Part shown: positions 42,975-52,999 of the stretch, piece after piece | Layout of the letters: every line of letters starts with the position of its first letter | Numbering within the stretch: position 1 is the first letter of the stretch | Source: an uncultured Tidjanibacter sp. | GTDB taxonomy: Bacteria > Bacteroidota > Bacteroidia > Bacteroidales > Rikenellaceae | Assembly (NCBI GenBank): GCA_947852905.1 | Contig: CANTVF010000005.1 | Location: 44,053 to 108,052 of the forward strand | Direction of reading: 5' to 3' | DNA length: 64,000 nt | Translations under genes and position numbers: made by a program | The notes under the pieces: model-generated | Database searches by the model: none | The model's input: the letters and a program-made list of their open reading frames with translations, nothing else | Told to the model about the DNA's origin: nothing

Positions 42975-43469
42975 TCAGAAAGTATAGCCTATGGAGAGCG
43001 CCGGAAGCGCTATGACGGGTATTATGTAACTATTTATTATCATTGCGTTCATGCCTATGGAGCAACTCAGATTGTCGCCGTTTTTCAGCCGGAAGTGCAG
43101 GCTTGACTGCGTCGATATTTCCGGTATCGCCGTCCATGATCGGAAGGCGGCCGGAATCGAGGTGATGATGCCTGCGTCTATAGAGAAAAAGAAGTTTTGA
43201 ACGATGAATTTTTAAACTTCAGTCTGGCGAACAGCCGTTCCGCTATGCTGCATTCCTGAAAGCCGAGCAGCCAGACCGCCACCGGCTCCGATATACACGC
43301 TGTGTGCCGCCTTGTAATACGCGATGTCGTTTATCGATAACAGAGTCGACGGGTGTATCTGTACCTCCGCTTGTCCTCGCCACGGCTTTTCGTCCGAAGA
43401 GAATTTCTGCGCTCCGGCGGTTGTTACAGCAGCTGTGCATACCAGAGTGGTGAGTAACGTTTTTTTCAT
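42975..43469 (-). pseudogene. Small outer-membrane beta-barrel gene interrupted by an in-frame TAA
   Basis: Signal peptide ORF stops at 43212-43214, but the same frame continues open to TGA at 42975-42977 and ends ...LSIGYTF, a typical barrel C-terminal signal. Confidence 0.75.
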
Positions 43470-43588
43470 AAGGGCAGTAGTTTAGTTTATTGTTGTATAA
43501 GCGTTGTAACAAATATATGGATTCAAAGCGTTGATTCCGTTCGGGATGTCCGCAAAATAGATAGTATATCGTAGGTACTTGTAAAACT

Positions 43589-43622
43589 AAAAATCCCGCA
43601 GGAAAACTCCTGCGGGATTTTG
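43589..43622 (-). terminator. Terminator after adk
   Basis: AAAAATCCCGCAGGA / TCCTGCGGGATTTTT. Confidence 0.85.
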
Positions 43623-43684
43623 GCTGTCGATCGAGAGGGCCGTTTCCGGTAGCTATGTTCCGTGCCGGAAGGCCGATCGTATCT

Positions 43685-44272
43685 TTATGCTTTACGTGCG
43701 ATTACGCCGTCGATAGCTTTGCAGAGGCTGGCGAATACCTCTTCTATGGTACCGGTGCCTTTGACGGGGATATATTTAGACTGCGCTTCGTAATAGTCGG
43801 CTACCACTGCGGTCTGTTTCTTGTAGACCTCTATTCGGTTGTTGATGACGTTTTCGTCGGCATCGTCCGGGCGTCCGCTGACTTCAGCTCTGAGTTTGAG
43901 ACGCTTGACGAGTTCTTCGTCCGGTACTTCGAGCGCCAGCATGACATCTATCGTCTGGCGGTTGCGTTCGAGTATGACGTCGAACTCCTTGGCCTGATTG
44001 CTGGTGCGCGGAAATCCGTCGAAGATGTTTCCTGCGCAGTCGCTGTGAGACTTGATATATTCCTCGATTATGCCGAGTACGAGTTCGTCGGGCGCGAGTT
44101 CGCCGCGTTCCATGATCTCCTTGACCTGTAGGCCGCGATTGGTGCCGCGCTGTATTTCGCCGCGGATCACGTCGCCGGTGGATATGTGGTTGAAGCCGTA
44201 CTTTTCGCTCAGCATCTTGGCCTGCGTGCCCTTGCCCGCTCCGGGAGGGCCGAACAATACTATATTTATCAT
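43685..44272 (-). CDS. adk: Adenylate kinase
   Basis: True start MINIVLFGPPGAGKGTQ at 44272; HISTGD, DGFPRT, GRPDD. Confidence 0.97.
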   Translation of the reverse strand: MINIVLFGPPGAGKGTQAKMLSEKYGFNHISTGDVIRGEIQRGTNRGLQVKEIMERGELAPDELVLGIIEEYIKSHSDCAGNIFDGFPRTSNQAKEFDVILERNRQTIDVMLALEVPDEELVKRLKLRAEVSGRPDDADENVINNRIEVYKKQTAVVADYYEAQSKYIPVKGTGTIEEVFASLCKAIDGVIARKA

Positions 44273-44449
44273 GTTGAATTTGACTGTTTGTGTTATCCGA
44301 TTAGACAATCCGAAAACCGAGACAAATTTAACCAGTTTTTTTACTAAACCAAAAAGTAATGTAACTTTGCAATACGCACCTTGCGGACGATGTTCGTGTA
44401 TCGTCCGGAGCGTGTTGCCGCCGCGGGCGGATAATTGAATGTAGGTGAT

Positions 44450-45478
44450 ATGGACAAAGGCAGAACCGAAATAGCCGAACTCGGCGAATTCGGCTTGATA
44501 GACAGGCTGACGAAAGATTTTCCCGTGCGTAATGCCGGAACGGTAAAAGCGGCGGGCGATGATGCTGCGGTGATAGACGCCGGAGACAGATACATGTTGT
44601 TTTCTTCCGACCTGATGCTCGAAGGCGTGGATTTCGATCTCGTCTATTTCCCGCTGAAACATTTGGGTTACAAGGCTGTAGTTCGGGGAATAGGCGATAT
44701 ACTCGCCATGAACGGCCTGCCGGAACAGTTGACCGTTTCGATAGGCGTTTCGGCCAAACTATCCGTCGAAGACCTCGACGAGCTTTATGCCGGCATACGC
44801 GGCGCCTGCGAGGATTACCGCGTCGATCTGGTCGGCGGCGATACCACGGCGTCGGTAAACGGGCTGGTGATAGGAATTTCGGTTGTGGGATTCGTAGCGA
44901 AAGATATGATAACTTATCGCAGCGGAGCCAAGGTCAACGATCTGGTGTGCATTACCGGCGACCTCGGCGCGGCATATATGGGGCTGCATTTGCTGGAACG
45001 TGAGAAACGCGCCTTCGCTGGCAACGATAATCCCCAGCCGCAGTTCGAGGGGTACGAATACATACTGCGTCGGCAACTGAAGCCTGTCGCTCCGATAGAT
45101 GCCGTGCATTCGTTGCACTCGGCCGGCATAGTGCCGACTTCTATGATAGACATTACGGACGGGTTGGCTTCCGACGTGTTGCAGATATGCAAGAGTTCCG
45201 ATTGCGGCGTGCGACTTTATCTGGAACGTATACCCATAGCACGCGAAACCCACCGTATGGCCGAGGAACTTAAGGCCGATCCGGTAGTGGCGGCCCTGAA
45301 CGGCGGCGACGATCACGAACTGTTATTCACGGTGCCTGTTACGCGTCAGGGGGAGATAGCTAAGATCGGCGGTATAGATATAATAGGTCATATAACTTCG
45401 CCGTTGGCAGGGGCGCGTCTCGTAACTCCGGACGGCGGCGAGATATCCGTTACGGCTCCCGGATTCCGGGATCGTTGA
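44450..45478 (+). CDS. thiL: Thiamine-monophosphate kinase
   Basis: GEFGLID, GDDAAV, VGGDT, MIDITDGL, GGDDHEL. Confidence 0.95.
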   Translation: MDKGRTEIAELGEFGLIDRLTKDFPVRNAGTVKAAGDDAAVIDAGDRYMLFSSDLMLEGVDFDLVYFPLKHLGYKAVVRGIGDILAMNGLPEQLTVSIGVSAKLSVEDLDELYAGIRGACEDYRVDLVGGDTTASVNGLVIGISVVGFVAKDMITYRSGAKVNDLVCITGDLGAAYMGLHLLEREKRAFAGNDNPQPQFEGYEYILRRQLKPVAPIDAVHSLHSAGIVPTSMIDITDGLASDVLQICKSSDCGVRLYLERIPIARETHRMAEELKADPVVAALNGGDDHELLFTVPVTRQGEIAKIGGIDIIGHITSPLAGARLVTPDGGEISVTAPGFRDR

Positions 45479-45999
45479 TGCGGACAGCCTGCGAATACTT
45501 GAATACAATCGGCACACTGTCGTGGTGTGCCGATTTTTTGTATCCACAAAAGCGTACTTTTATGCGAGAAGTGGAGGTCGGGGGAATGACGAAATCGTAA
45601 CCGCTTATTTTACGTTGCCGCATATCGGTTGTGCGGTTGTGTGTAAAGTGTCGTATCGTACACTTGCATCGTCCGTCGCGGAAGTTTTTACGAATCGTTG
45701 TCGCTTGATATTCTGTCGTATGGTTGTTTATGTGCCGAAGCATTGCCGTAGGAATTTGTAGTCGGGAGAGTAACGTAGGCGATACGGTTACGGTCGTTCG
45801 GTATTAGGTAGTTTTGCTCTGACGTCCGTTGCCGACTTATTGTAATAATCGTTAATATGTTGATCGGTAGGGCTTTGTGTCGTGTGCCGGAAATGTGGAA
45901 AAGTTTTTCGTATTTTATTCCGTTTATAATTTGGTTTATAAAATAAACTACTTTATATTTGTGGTGTGAAACGGATATTAACCTTTAAAACTTTGTGTT

Positions 46000-46593
46000 A
46001 TGGAAGCTAAAATCGAAAACAGGGAACTCGATCCTCAGCAGAGCCTGAAACTGATCACCTCTATCATTAACGAGAGCCGCAAGACACTCGAAAAGAATGC
46101 CGGCACACCAATGATTCTCTGGGGTACACTCACTTTGATCACCTCGCTCGTGATATGGTGGCTTTGGAGCGGTACCGGCAATCCGCAATGGAACCTTTTG
46201 TGGTTGGCTATGGGCGTAGTGGGGTATCCGATGAACTATTTTTGGATGCGTAAACATTCGGTCGGTGCGAGGACATGGCTCGATTCCGTTTTGGGTTACG
46301 TCTGGACTTTGTTCGGAGTGTTCTCTATCGTACTCGCAGTGTTGTGTTTTCTCTGGGTACTGATGCCTATGGTGGCTCTTGTGATGTTGTTGCTCGGATT
46401 TGCTACCGCATTGACTGGGGTGCTTACGAAATCTTGGCTTATAATATGTGCCGGAACGGTGACTGCGTTGGTAGGCGTGCCGTTGTCGTTTACTTTGGCT
46501 CCTTACGATATGATTCTGCTGTTTGCCGGAGCGGCGTTGATTACTCTGATTCTGCCCGGTGTGGTGATGAATGTCAATTCAAAACGGAGATAG
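46000..46593 (+). CDS. Multi-pass membrane hypothetical protein
   Basis: Soluble N-terminal helix followed by about 6 hydrophobic segments; 3 bp from the next gene. Confidence 0.8.
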   Translation: MEAKIENRELDPQQSLKLITSIINESRKTLEKNAGTPMILWGTLTLITSLVIWWLWSGTGNPQWNLLWLAMGVVGYPMNYFWMRKHSVGARTWLDSVLGYVWTLFGVFSIVLAVLCFLWVLMPMVALVMLLLGFATALTGVLTKSWLIICAGTVTALVGVPLSFTLAPYDMILLFAGAALITLILPGVVMNVNSKRR

Positions 46594-46596
46594 ACC

Positions 46597-46881
46597 ATGT
46601 TTCGGGAGTTGAACCCGCTGTTGCATTCCGAATTGAGGCTTGCCGTCATGTCGGTGCTGATAGGCGTCGAGGAGGCCGACTTCACCTTCCTTAGGGAACA
46701 GACTGGCGCTACGGCAGGCAATTTGAGTGTGCAGATAGATAAATTGCAGAAGGCGGGATATGTCGATGTGGAAAAGACTTTCAGGGGGAAGATGCCCCGC
46801 ACGGTGTGCAGGATAACCTCCGAAGGTGTGAAAGCGTTCGAGGACTATACGGAAGCGTTGAAAAGCTATCTGAAACTCTGA
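46597..46881 (+). CDS. Winged-helix (MarR/ArsR-like) transcriptional regulator
   Basis: LNPLLHSELRLAVMS, TAGNLSVQIDKL, KTFRGKMPRT. Confidence 0.9.
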   Translation: MFRELNPLLHSELRLAVMSVLIGVEEADFTFLREQTGATAGNLSVQIDKLQKAGYVDVEKTFRGKMPRTVCRITSEGVKAFEDYTEALKSYLKL

Positions 46882-47034
46882 GCGGCCGTTACAATGCGGC
46901 GGTGAATGGACGAGGCATGCAACCGGTTGCATGCCTCGTGTCTTGATAGGACTTGTGCTCCCATGTCGTATCGGGTGAGCCTTTGCATCGGACTGGGAAA
47001 TGTATGCAGCGGTTCCCGTTTACGGAATAGGGAG

Positions 47035-47568
47035 TTATTTTCCGTTTTTGCCCATTACCGTCCGGCGCAGGTCCCTGTCGAATATGCGGTATTCGCGTTC
47101 GGTAATTTGCCGTGGAGTGGTGAGTACCGTCAGGCGGTGCGCTCTGTATTCGTTCCGGTAGGCCGGGTGCAGATGTCTGTATGGATTTTCCTTGAATCCG
47201 CACTTAAGATAGAATCTCAGCCGTGCTTCGGATATTTCGTCCGTGACGGGATCTATTTCCAGCAATACTATTTTATCGGTCGTTTCGACAAACGACTGCA
47301 GAATTTTACTTCCGTATCCCTTACCGCGCGAATCCGTATCGACGGCAAAATGTTCTATATATATGTAGTCGTCGAACTCCCAGTATGATATGAATCCGAT
47401 GAAGACACCGTTATCTTCGTATCCGGTCAGGTTGTAACGTTCGCAGCCGAATGCCGCATCTTGCTGCGTTTGCGTCCTTTGTTCGAAAATCGGAAAACTT
47501 GACGCATATAATTTTTCGAATGACCTGTATGACGCGTGTCGCGCGCTGTCTATTTTCAGGCGTTTCAT
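47035..47568 (-). CDS. GNAT family acetyltransferase
   Basis: YIEHFAV...RGKGYG, RLRFYLKCGF; start MKRLK at 47568. Confidence 0.88.
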   Translation of the reverse strand: MKRLKIDSARHASYRSFEKLYASSFPIFEQRTQTQQDAAFGCERYNLTGYEDNGVFIGFISYWEFDDYIYIEHFAVDTDSRGKGYGSKILQSFVETTDKIVLLEIDPVTDEISEARLRFYLKCGFKENPYRHLHPAYRNEYRAHRLTVLTTPRQITEREYRIFDRDLRRTVMGKNGK

Positions 47569-47579
47569 CGTTCGGGTGA

Positions 47580-48011
47580 TTACCGTACTATTATATCTTC
47601 CGGATTCCAGAGATATTCCTGCATGGAGTCTATCCACTCCTGTTTCAGCGGGAAAGTCTCCTGACGGACGAAATCGTATCCCACGGCTACCGTGCGGCAG
47701 TCGGCGTTCACCTCGCCTGTGGTGCGGTCTATGAGTTTTTGGTATATGGTGACGCTCTTTTTTCCTATTTTCTCGACGGCCGTTTCCAGATATATGTCGT
47801 CGTGCAGCCGTGTCTGGCGGAAATAGTTGGTGGCTGTCGAAACGAGTATGAGACTTTCATCGTCGGGATCTATGGTCTTGTGCAACGCTTTCTCGTAGAA
47901 CTCCATTTTGCCGAGGTCGAAATAGTGTTGCAGATTGACGTTGTTGATGTGGCCGAGACAGTCGGCATCGGCAAAACGTATCTGTACGCCGGTGATTATT
48001 TTCTTTCCCAT
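47580..48011 (-). CDS. Acyl-CoA thioesterase (4HBT/YbgC-like)
   Basis: IRFADADCLGHINNVN hotdog-fold motif. Confidence 0.9.
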   Translation of the reverse strand: MGKKIITGVQIRFADADCLGHINNVNLQHYFDLGKMEFYEKALHKTIDPDDESLILVSTATNYFRQTRLHDDIYLETAVEKIGKKSVTIYQKLIDRTTGEVNADCRTVAVGYDFVRQETFPLKQEWIDSMQEYLWNPEDIIVR

Positions 48012-48150
48012 AAAATGTTGTGCTTTGTTAGTTCTATGCATCATTCAGTCGGATGCGGCTGTCGGTGCAGGTGTCAGCGTTTTCCTACGGCGAAATGCGG
48101 CTCGCATCCATGCGGTAGCTAAGGCCGCATCCAATGTGCCGTAACGATGG

Positions 48151-48726
48151 TTACTCCCGTATGATTTTGACTTCGCCGTCCTCGCCGAGCATTATGATCG
48201 ACGACGGTTTGCGTGTCGGCTGGCCTTCGTAGTGCGGGTCGACAGTAAAGTCTGTACCGTCTACGATACGGCGGTCAATGTCGCCGAAACCTTTGGGAGT
48301 CGTTTCGCCGGATATGTTTGCCGACGTTGATACTATAGGCCTGCCGAACCGTCGTATCAGACGGCGGCAAAATTCGTGGTCGGGTACCCTGACGGCGAGC
48401 GTGCCTTCTTCGGGTATGAGGTTGGCGGCTACACCTGCCGCACCCGGCATGATGAGCGTCAGCGGTTTGTCGGCCACTTCGAGCAGATCCCACGCTATGG
48501 CGGGTATCTTCCGGTAGTAGCGGGCTACATTATCTATCTTGTCCGTCAGAACTATCATGCCCTTTTTGTTCTCGGAACGTTTCAGCGCATATATTGCGGC
48601 GACGGCTTCAGCGTTCGTTGCGTCGCAGCCTATTCCCCAGACCGTGTCGGTGGGGTACAGTATCGTACCGCCCCGGCGGAGGACTTCTACGGCGCGGTCT
48701 ATCTCTTCCTGCATCTTGTCCTGCAT
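48151..48726 (-). CDS. tsaC: L-threonylcarbamoyladenylate synthase
   Basis: YPTDTVWGIGC, PIVSTSANISG, PSSII. Confidence 0.95.
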   Translation of the reverse strand: MQDKMQEEIDRAVEVLRRGGTILYPTDTVWGIGCDATNAEAVAAIYALKRSENKKGMIVLTDKIDNVARYYRKIPAIAWDLLEVADKPLTLIMPGAAGVAANLIPEEGTLAVRVPDHEFCRRLIRRFGRPIVSTSANISGETTPKGFGDIDRRIVDGTDFTVDPHYEGQPTRKPSSIIMLGEDGEVKIIRE

Positions 48727-48840
48727 ATCATAGAAGTGTTTAGTCCCGCAAAATTAGGCCATTTTTTTGTCTTTCTCGTCAAAAGGTTATACTTTTGTGA
48801 CCTTGAAAAAAGATGTTCAATTATAAGAGACAGAGATAAG

Positions 48841-49560
48841 ATGGGAAGGGCATTTGAATATAGGAAGGCAGCCAAGCTGAAACGCTGGGGGCATATGGCG
48901 CGTACTTTCACGAGAATAGGCAAAGCTATCGAAATGTCGGTGAAGGCGGCAGGCCCCGATCCTGCCAACAATACCCGTCTGAGGCTTCTCATACAGAACG
49001 CCAAGGCGGAGAACATGCCCAAGGACAATATAGAGAGGGCTATCAAAAGGGCTATTTCCAAAGACGCTGCCGATTACAAGGAGATGGTGTACGAGGGATA
49101 CGGTCCTCACGGCATCGCCATAATGGTGGAGACGGCTACCGACAATCCCACTCGTACCGTGGCCAACGTCCGCAGCTATTTCAACAAGTTGGGCGGTACG
49201 CTCGGAACGAGCGGCAGCGTGGGTTTCATGTTCGAACACAAGGCGATATTCAAAACCCCAATGAAAGAGGGAATCAACCTTGAAGAGTTGGAGCTGGAAC
49301 TCATAGACTTTGAAGTCGACGAAGTGTTCGTGGACGATGAGAACTTCATCAATATTTCAGGTCCGTTCGAGTCGTTCGGTCAGATTCAGGCATATCTCGA
49401 AGAGCATGGCATGGAGATCACCAGCGGTGAATTCATACGTCTCCCGACAGATACCAAAGAGCTGCCGGAGGATCAGCGCCAGAGCGTCGAGAAACTGATA
49501 GAGAAACTGGAGGAGGACGACGACGTGGTGAACGTCTTCCACAACATGAAGGAGGAATAA
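48841..49560 (+). CDS. yebC: YebC/PmpR family protein
   Basis: True start MGRAFEY at 48841; NMPKDNIERAI, YEGYGP, ETATDN. Confidence 0.95.
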   Translation: MGRAFEYRKAAKLKRWGHMARTFTRIGKAIEMSVKAAGPDPANNTRLRLLIQNAKAENMPKDNIERAIKRAISKDAADYKEMVYEGYGPHGIAIMVETATDNPTRTVANVRSYFNKLGGTLGTSGSVGFMFEHKAIFKTPMKEGINLEELELELIDFEVDEVFVDDENFINISGPFESFGQIQAYLEEHGMEITSGEFIRLPTDTKELPEDQRQSVEKLIEKLEEDDDVVNVFHNMKEE

Positions 49561-49612
49561 CGAGTATTATCCGCGGTGTCGCTCCGGTAACGGACGGCTT
49601 CGGTAATTATAT

Positions 49613-49659
49613 ACGGCATACCCGGCAGGCTATATAAACCTGTCGGGTATGCCGTTTTT
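49613..49659 (+). terminator. Terminator after yebC
   Basis: 17-bp stem ACGGCATACCCGGCAGG / CCTGTCGGGTATGCCGT plus a T-run. Confidence 0.85.
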
Positions 49660-50323
49660 ACAGCTTCGTATACTATAACCGGTTATGACAGCTCAGGAGC
49701 TGGGTGGCGGAGGCTTGCCGGTACGGGTGGGGCGCGTTGCTTGAGATAGCTAACACATAGTGAAACACTTTGGAGATTATTTGTGGCGGCATTGAGCATG
49801 CGAACGTGATCAGAGTACGATATGAAAGAAGTCATGCAGGTGCGTTTTGTCTATGCGGCCGAAGGACGGTCGGCATTGGCAAAGGCAATCTGCAATACGG
49901 TTTCGGCAAAAGGGAGTTAGTTAGAAAGCGTTTTACGAGATTAGTCGGACAAGGCGCATAGTCGGCAGAGACAAATAGTCTTGCTTTATGGAAATTCGTC
50001 CGCAACAGGCGGATGACGCGCTTACGTGATGCAGGAGATGTCGGTAGTGTGCCGTATCATTTAGCTGGCGGATGTGATATGACGGCAGTCCGAGATGCGA
50101 AACAGGCGTGTTTAGAGTTACGTTATTTATTCAAATCCCAAACACATACTACATTAGAGAAGTTTGCTTGCACTGAATTTGCACGGTTGATTCCTCAAAT
50201 TTCCTATATTTTCCTAAATAAATCAGAGTTTTAATCGCATTTATGGTATTTGCAGATACTATAATAGCCTTAAAATTAACTACTAATTGCATGATTATAA
50301 GGCTGTTGATGTTTGGGGGATAT

Positions 50324-50363
50324 GGACGTAACTCGAATCCGCGATCCCCTGCGTGACAGGCAG
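50324..50363 (-). pseudogene. Degenerate 3' half of tRNA-Asp(GTC), att-site-like relic
   Basis: Reverse complement CTGCCTGTCACGCAGGGGATCGCGGATTCGAGTTACGTCC retains the anticodon arm (GTC) and a T-arm-like TTCGA; no D-arm or 5' acceptor strand. Confidence 0.65.
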
Positions 50364-50452
50364 AGTACATGTATGCGATGAAATTTTGCATGTCGGTGCG
50401 GATTGTATTATTGTCGTGGAAGGCGGCGAGGTTACGGACAGCACAGGAATAA

Positions 50453-50488
50453 GACACAGGCGGAGCATTGTTATGCTACGCCTGTGTC
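50453..50488 (-). terminator. Hairpin downstream of sdaA
   Basis: GACACAGGCGGAGCAT / ATGCTACGCCTGTGTC. Confidence 0.7.
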
Positions 50489-50545
50489 GTATCTAATGGG
50501 AGTATGCGGGTTGCTGTCGGGAGTGCAGTATTCGGGGGGCTGTAT

Positions 50546-51754
50546 TTATTTGTGCGGGTGTGAATAGTTTTTGGCGAGTCCGCCTTCCGCCGTTTCCCGG
50601 TAGAGGCTCGGCATGTCGAGACCAGTCTCGTTCATTACCTTCACGACTTTGTCGTATCCTACCATATGGTTACCGTCGGATAGGGTAGCATACAGGTTGG
50701 CATCGAGTGCGCGTGCTGCGGCTACCGCATTGCGTTCTATGCACGGAATCTGCACCAGACCGCATACAGGGTCGCACGTCAGTCCGAGAAAATGTTCCAG
50801 CGCCATTTCCGCGGCGTATTCTATTTGCGAGGGGGTGCCTCCGAACAGCTGGCAGGCCGCCGCTGCCGCCATGGCACAGGCTACGCCCACTTCGCCCTGA
50901 CAGCCTACTTCCGCTCCGGAAATCGAAGCGTTCGTTTTCGCTATGTTGCCGAACAGGCCTGCGGTGGCCAGTGCCCGCAATACTCTGATTGGAGCTACGT
51001 TTCGGGTAGTGGTTATACTGTACAGCACTGCCGGCAGAACGCCGCTCGAACCGCATGTCGGAGCTGTTACCACTATACCTCCCGATGCGTTCTCCTCCGA
51101 GGTCGCGAGGGCGTAGGCATAAAGGCGCGAACGTCCGCTGAGCGATTCGTTGAAACTGTTGGCTTTGACCATGTAGGTGCTCGCCTTGCGGCTGACTTTC
51201 AGACCGCCGGGAAGAACACCGTCGTTGTTGAGGCCGCGTTCTATGGTTTCTCGCATGGTTTGCCATATGGTAGCGAGGAAATCCCATATTTCGGTGCCTT
51301 CGAAATCTTCGACATATTCCCAGAATGTTTTGCCTTCGCGTTTGCACCATTGCAATATGTCCTCTATGGTTGTCAGCGGGTATATGTCTACCGGTTTGGC
51401 CTTTTGGGTATATTCGTTTGCCAAGGCTCCTCCGCCGACGCTGAATATGGTCCAAGGATCGATAAACTCACCGTTTTCGAATGCTTCGTACAACATGCCG
51501 TTCGGGTGGAACGACAGTACGACTTCCGGTTTCCATACTATTTCCGTGGGAGCCGCGGGGGAGAGTACCGAGAGTATGGCCGCATCGGTAAGGTGGCCTT
51601 TGCCTGTGGCCGCGAGCGAGCCGTAAAGCGTAACGCGAAACCCTTCGGCCTGCGGATGCCGGGCGAGATATTGTTCTGCGGCTTTCTTGGGTCCTACGGT
51701 ATGGCTGCTCGACGGGCCGTTGCATATTCTGAATAACTCTCTGATAGATTCCAT
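50546..51754 (-). CDS. sdaA: L-serine ammonia-lyase (Fe-S, single chain)
   Basis: GPSSSH, TAPTCGS, GAEVGCQGE, GLTCDPV..LVQIPCIERN. Confidence 0.96.
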   Translation of the reverse strand: MESIRELFRICNGPSSSHTVGPKKAAEQYLARHPQAEGFRVTLYGSLAATGKGHLTDAAILSVLSPAAPTEIVWKPEVVLSFHPNGMLYEAFENGEFIDPWTIFSVGGGALANEYTQKAKPVDIYPLTTIEDILQWCKREGKTFWEYVEDFEGTEIWDFLATIWQTMRETIERGLNNDGVLPGGLKVSRKASTYMVKANSFNESLSGRSRLYAYALATSEENASGGIVVTAPTCGSSGVLPAVLYSITTTRNVAPIRVLRALATAGLFGNIAKTNASISGAEVGCQGEVGVACAMAAAAACQLFGGTPSQIEYAAEMALEHFLGLTCDPVCGLVQIPCIERNAVAAARALDANLYATLSDGNHMVGYDKVVKVMNETGLDMPSLYRETAEGGLAKNYSHPHK

Positions 51755-52830
51755 ATGTTTTCAGTTCGATGAAGTAAAAGAATAGTGTGGTGAATTTCTA
51801 CGTAGCCTTGCAGTCGGCATTTTCTGTGTATGTTACGGTTTGTGCGGCTTTATTACCGGCTATGCTATCAAGTCGCTTCCCCTGCGTGCAACTGTTTGTT
51901 TATGCCAGTTGTGCCGTATCTATATTGCGCGGTAGTCATTCGTAAAGATTGACAATAACTGTGCCCGGCTATGATTTTCCGGAAGGTTTTAGCCTTTGTC
52001 GCTAATCTACGTTTATATGTCTGTAGATCGTCGTCACATTTGTCTGTTTTCGCAAATATGGCGTGTTGTTCTTCGGACATTTTCCACCGTTGCAAATTTA
52101 AGAATAGCATCGTTCACTGCAAAGAGCTGCGACGTATCGTCCGTTATTTTTTGCCGCAATAGACCGTGTATTGCATCCTGTACCAGTCGTTGTTGGCATC
52201 ATGCTGTAGGCATGCATCATGGTGGTATTGTTGTAGTTTGAGGTCGGAATCTTAGAACGTGTACGGTATCTGCATGAGGGTGTATGATAACATGATTGAT
52301 AGCGGTTGCGTTATTGTCGGAGCGTTATCGGCAGGACGGTAGACTAACCGATGCCGGGAATCCATGCGCGGCACCATTAGCATTCGGTATACCGGAACGG
52401 AGCGTGTACCGGTACTGTAATTATAACCGTTATCGCATATATACCGGTCGTCTCGCCTCCGTTACCGATAGTGTCCGTATCCCGGTAGTCGTACCTGTAG
52501 GGATGAAAATTTATGAGATGGCAAATATGGTGGCGAAAGGTATCGTTTACGACCGGTAAGCATGTATATTTATTTGCCGGCACCACGGTGTACGATCAAG
52601 ACTGCACCACCCGCAAAACCGTAAATGCTGTAGTATAGATATTCGAGTCCGATAGGTCTATATGACGACATTAAGTAAGGCTCTCCTATATATCGGCGTC
52701 GGGCTGCAATGTAATGTGTGGGTGTTTTGAATTGAAAATAAAAAGAGGATAGAATTCCTTCTTATCCTCAAAAATAGCTGCACATTTGAGTGTGCATGAA
52801 TCGTAACAACTTGATTTTGTGTCACAAAAG

Positions 52831-52902
52831 TAGTCCCACCAGGAATCGAACCTGGATTTACAGTTTAGGAAACTGTCGTTCTATCCGTTGAACTATGGAA
52901 CC
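52831..52902 (-). tRNA. tRNA-Arg(CCT)
   Basis: Reverse complement GGTTCCATAGTTCAACGGATAGAACGACAGTTTCCTAAACTGTAAATCCAGGTTCGATTCCTGGTGGGACTA; anticodon CCT. Confidence 0.96.
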
Positions 52903-52999
52903 ATTGTATCTTAGTACCTTCGGGTGTTATGTTTGCGGAGCATCGCTTCTTTCCGTAACCCTGCAAATATACTCGTTTTTTATCAATCCGCCAAGCGGT

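Noticed and set aside
44273-44449. Possible TPP riboswitch upstream of thiL
   Set aside because: No TGAGA or other TPP aptamer core is visible; the interval holds divergent promoters.
48376-48840. N-terminal extension of the YebC ORF
   Set aside because: Antisense to tsaC; the family start MGRAFEY is at 48841.
52641-52660. TTCGAGTCC T-arm-like word near tRNA-Arg
   Set aside because: No supporting stems or anticodon arm, and opposite strand to the tRNA.
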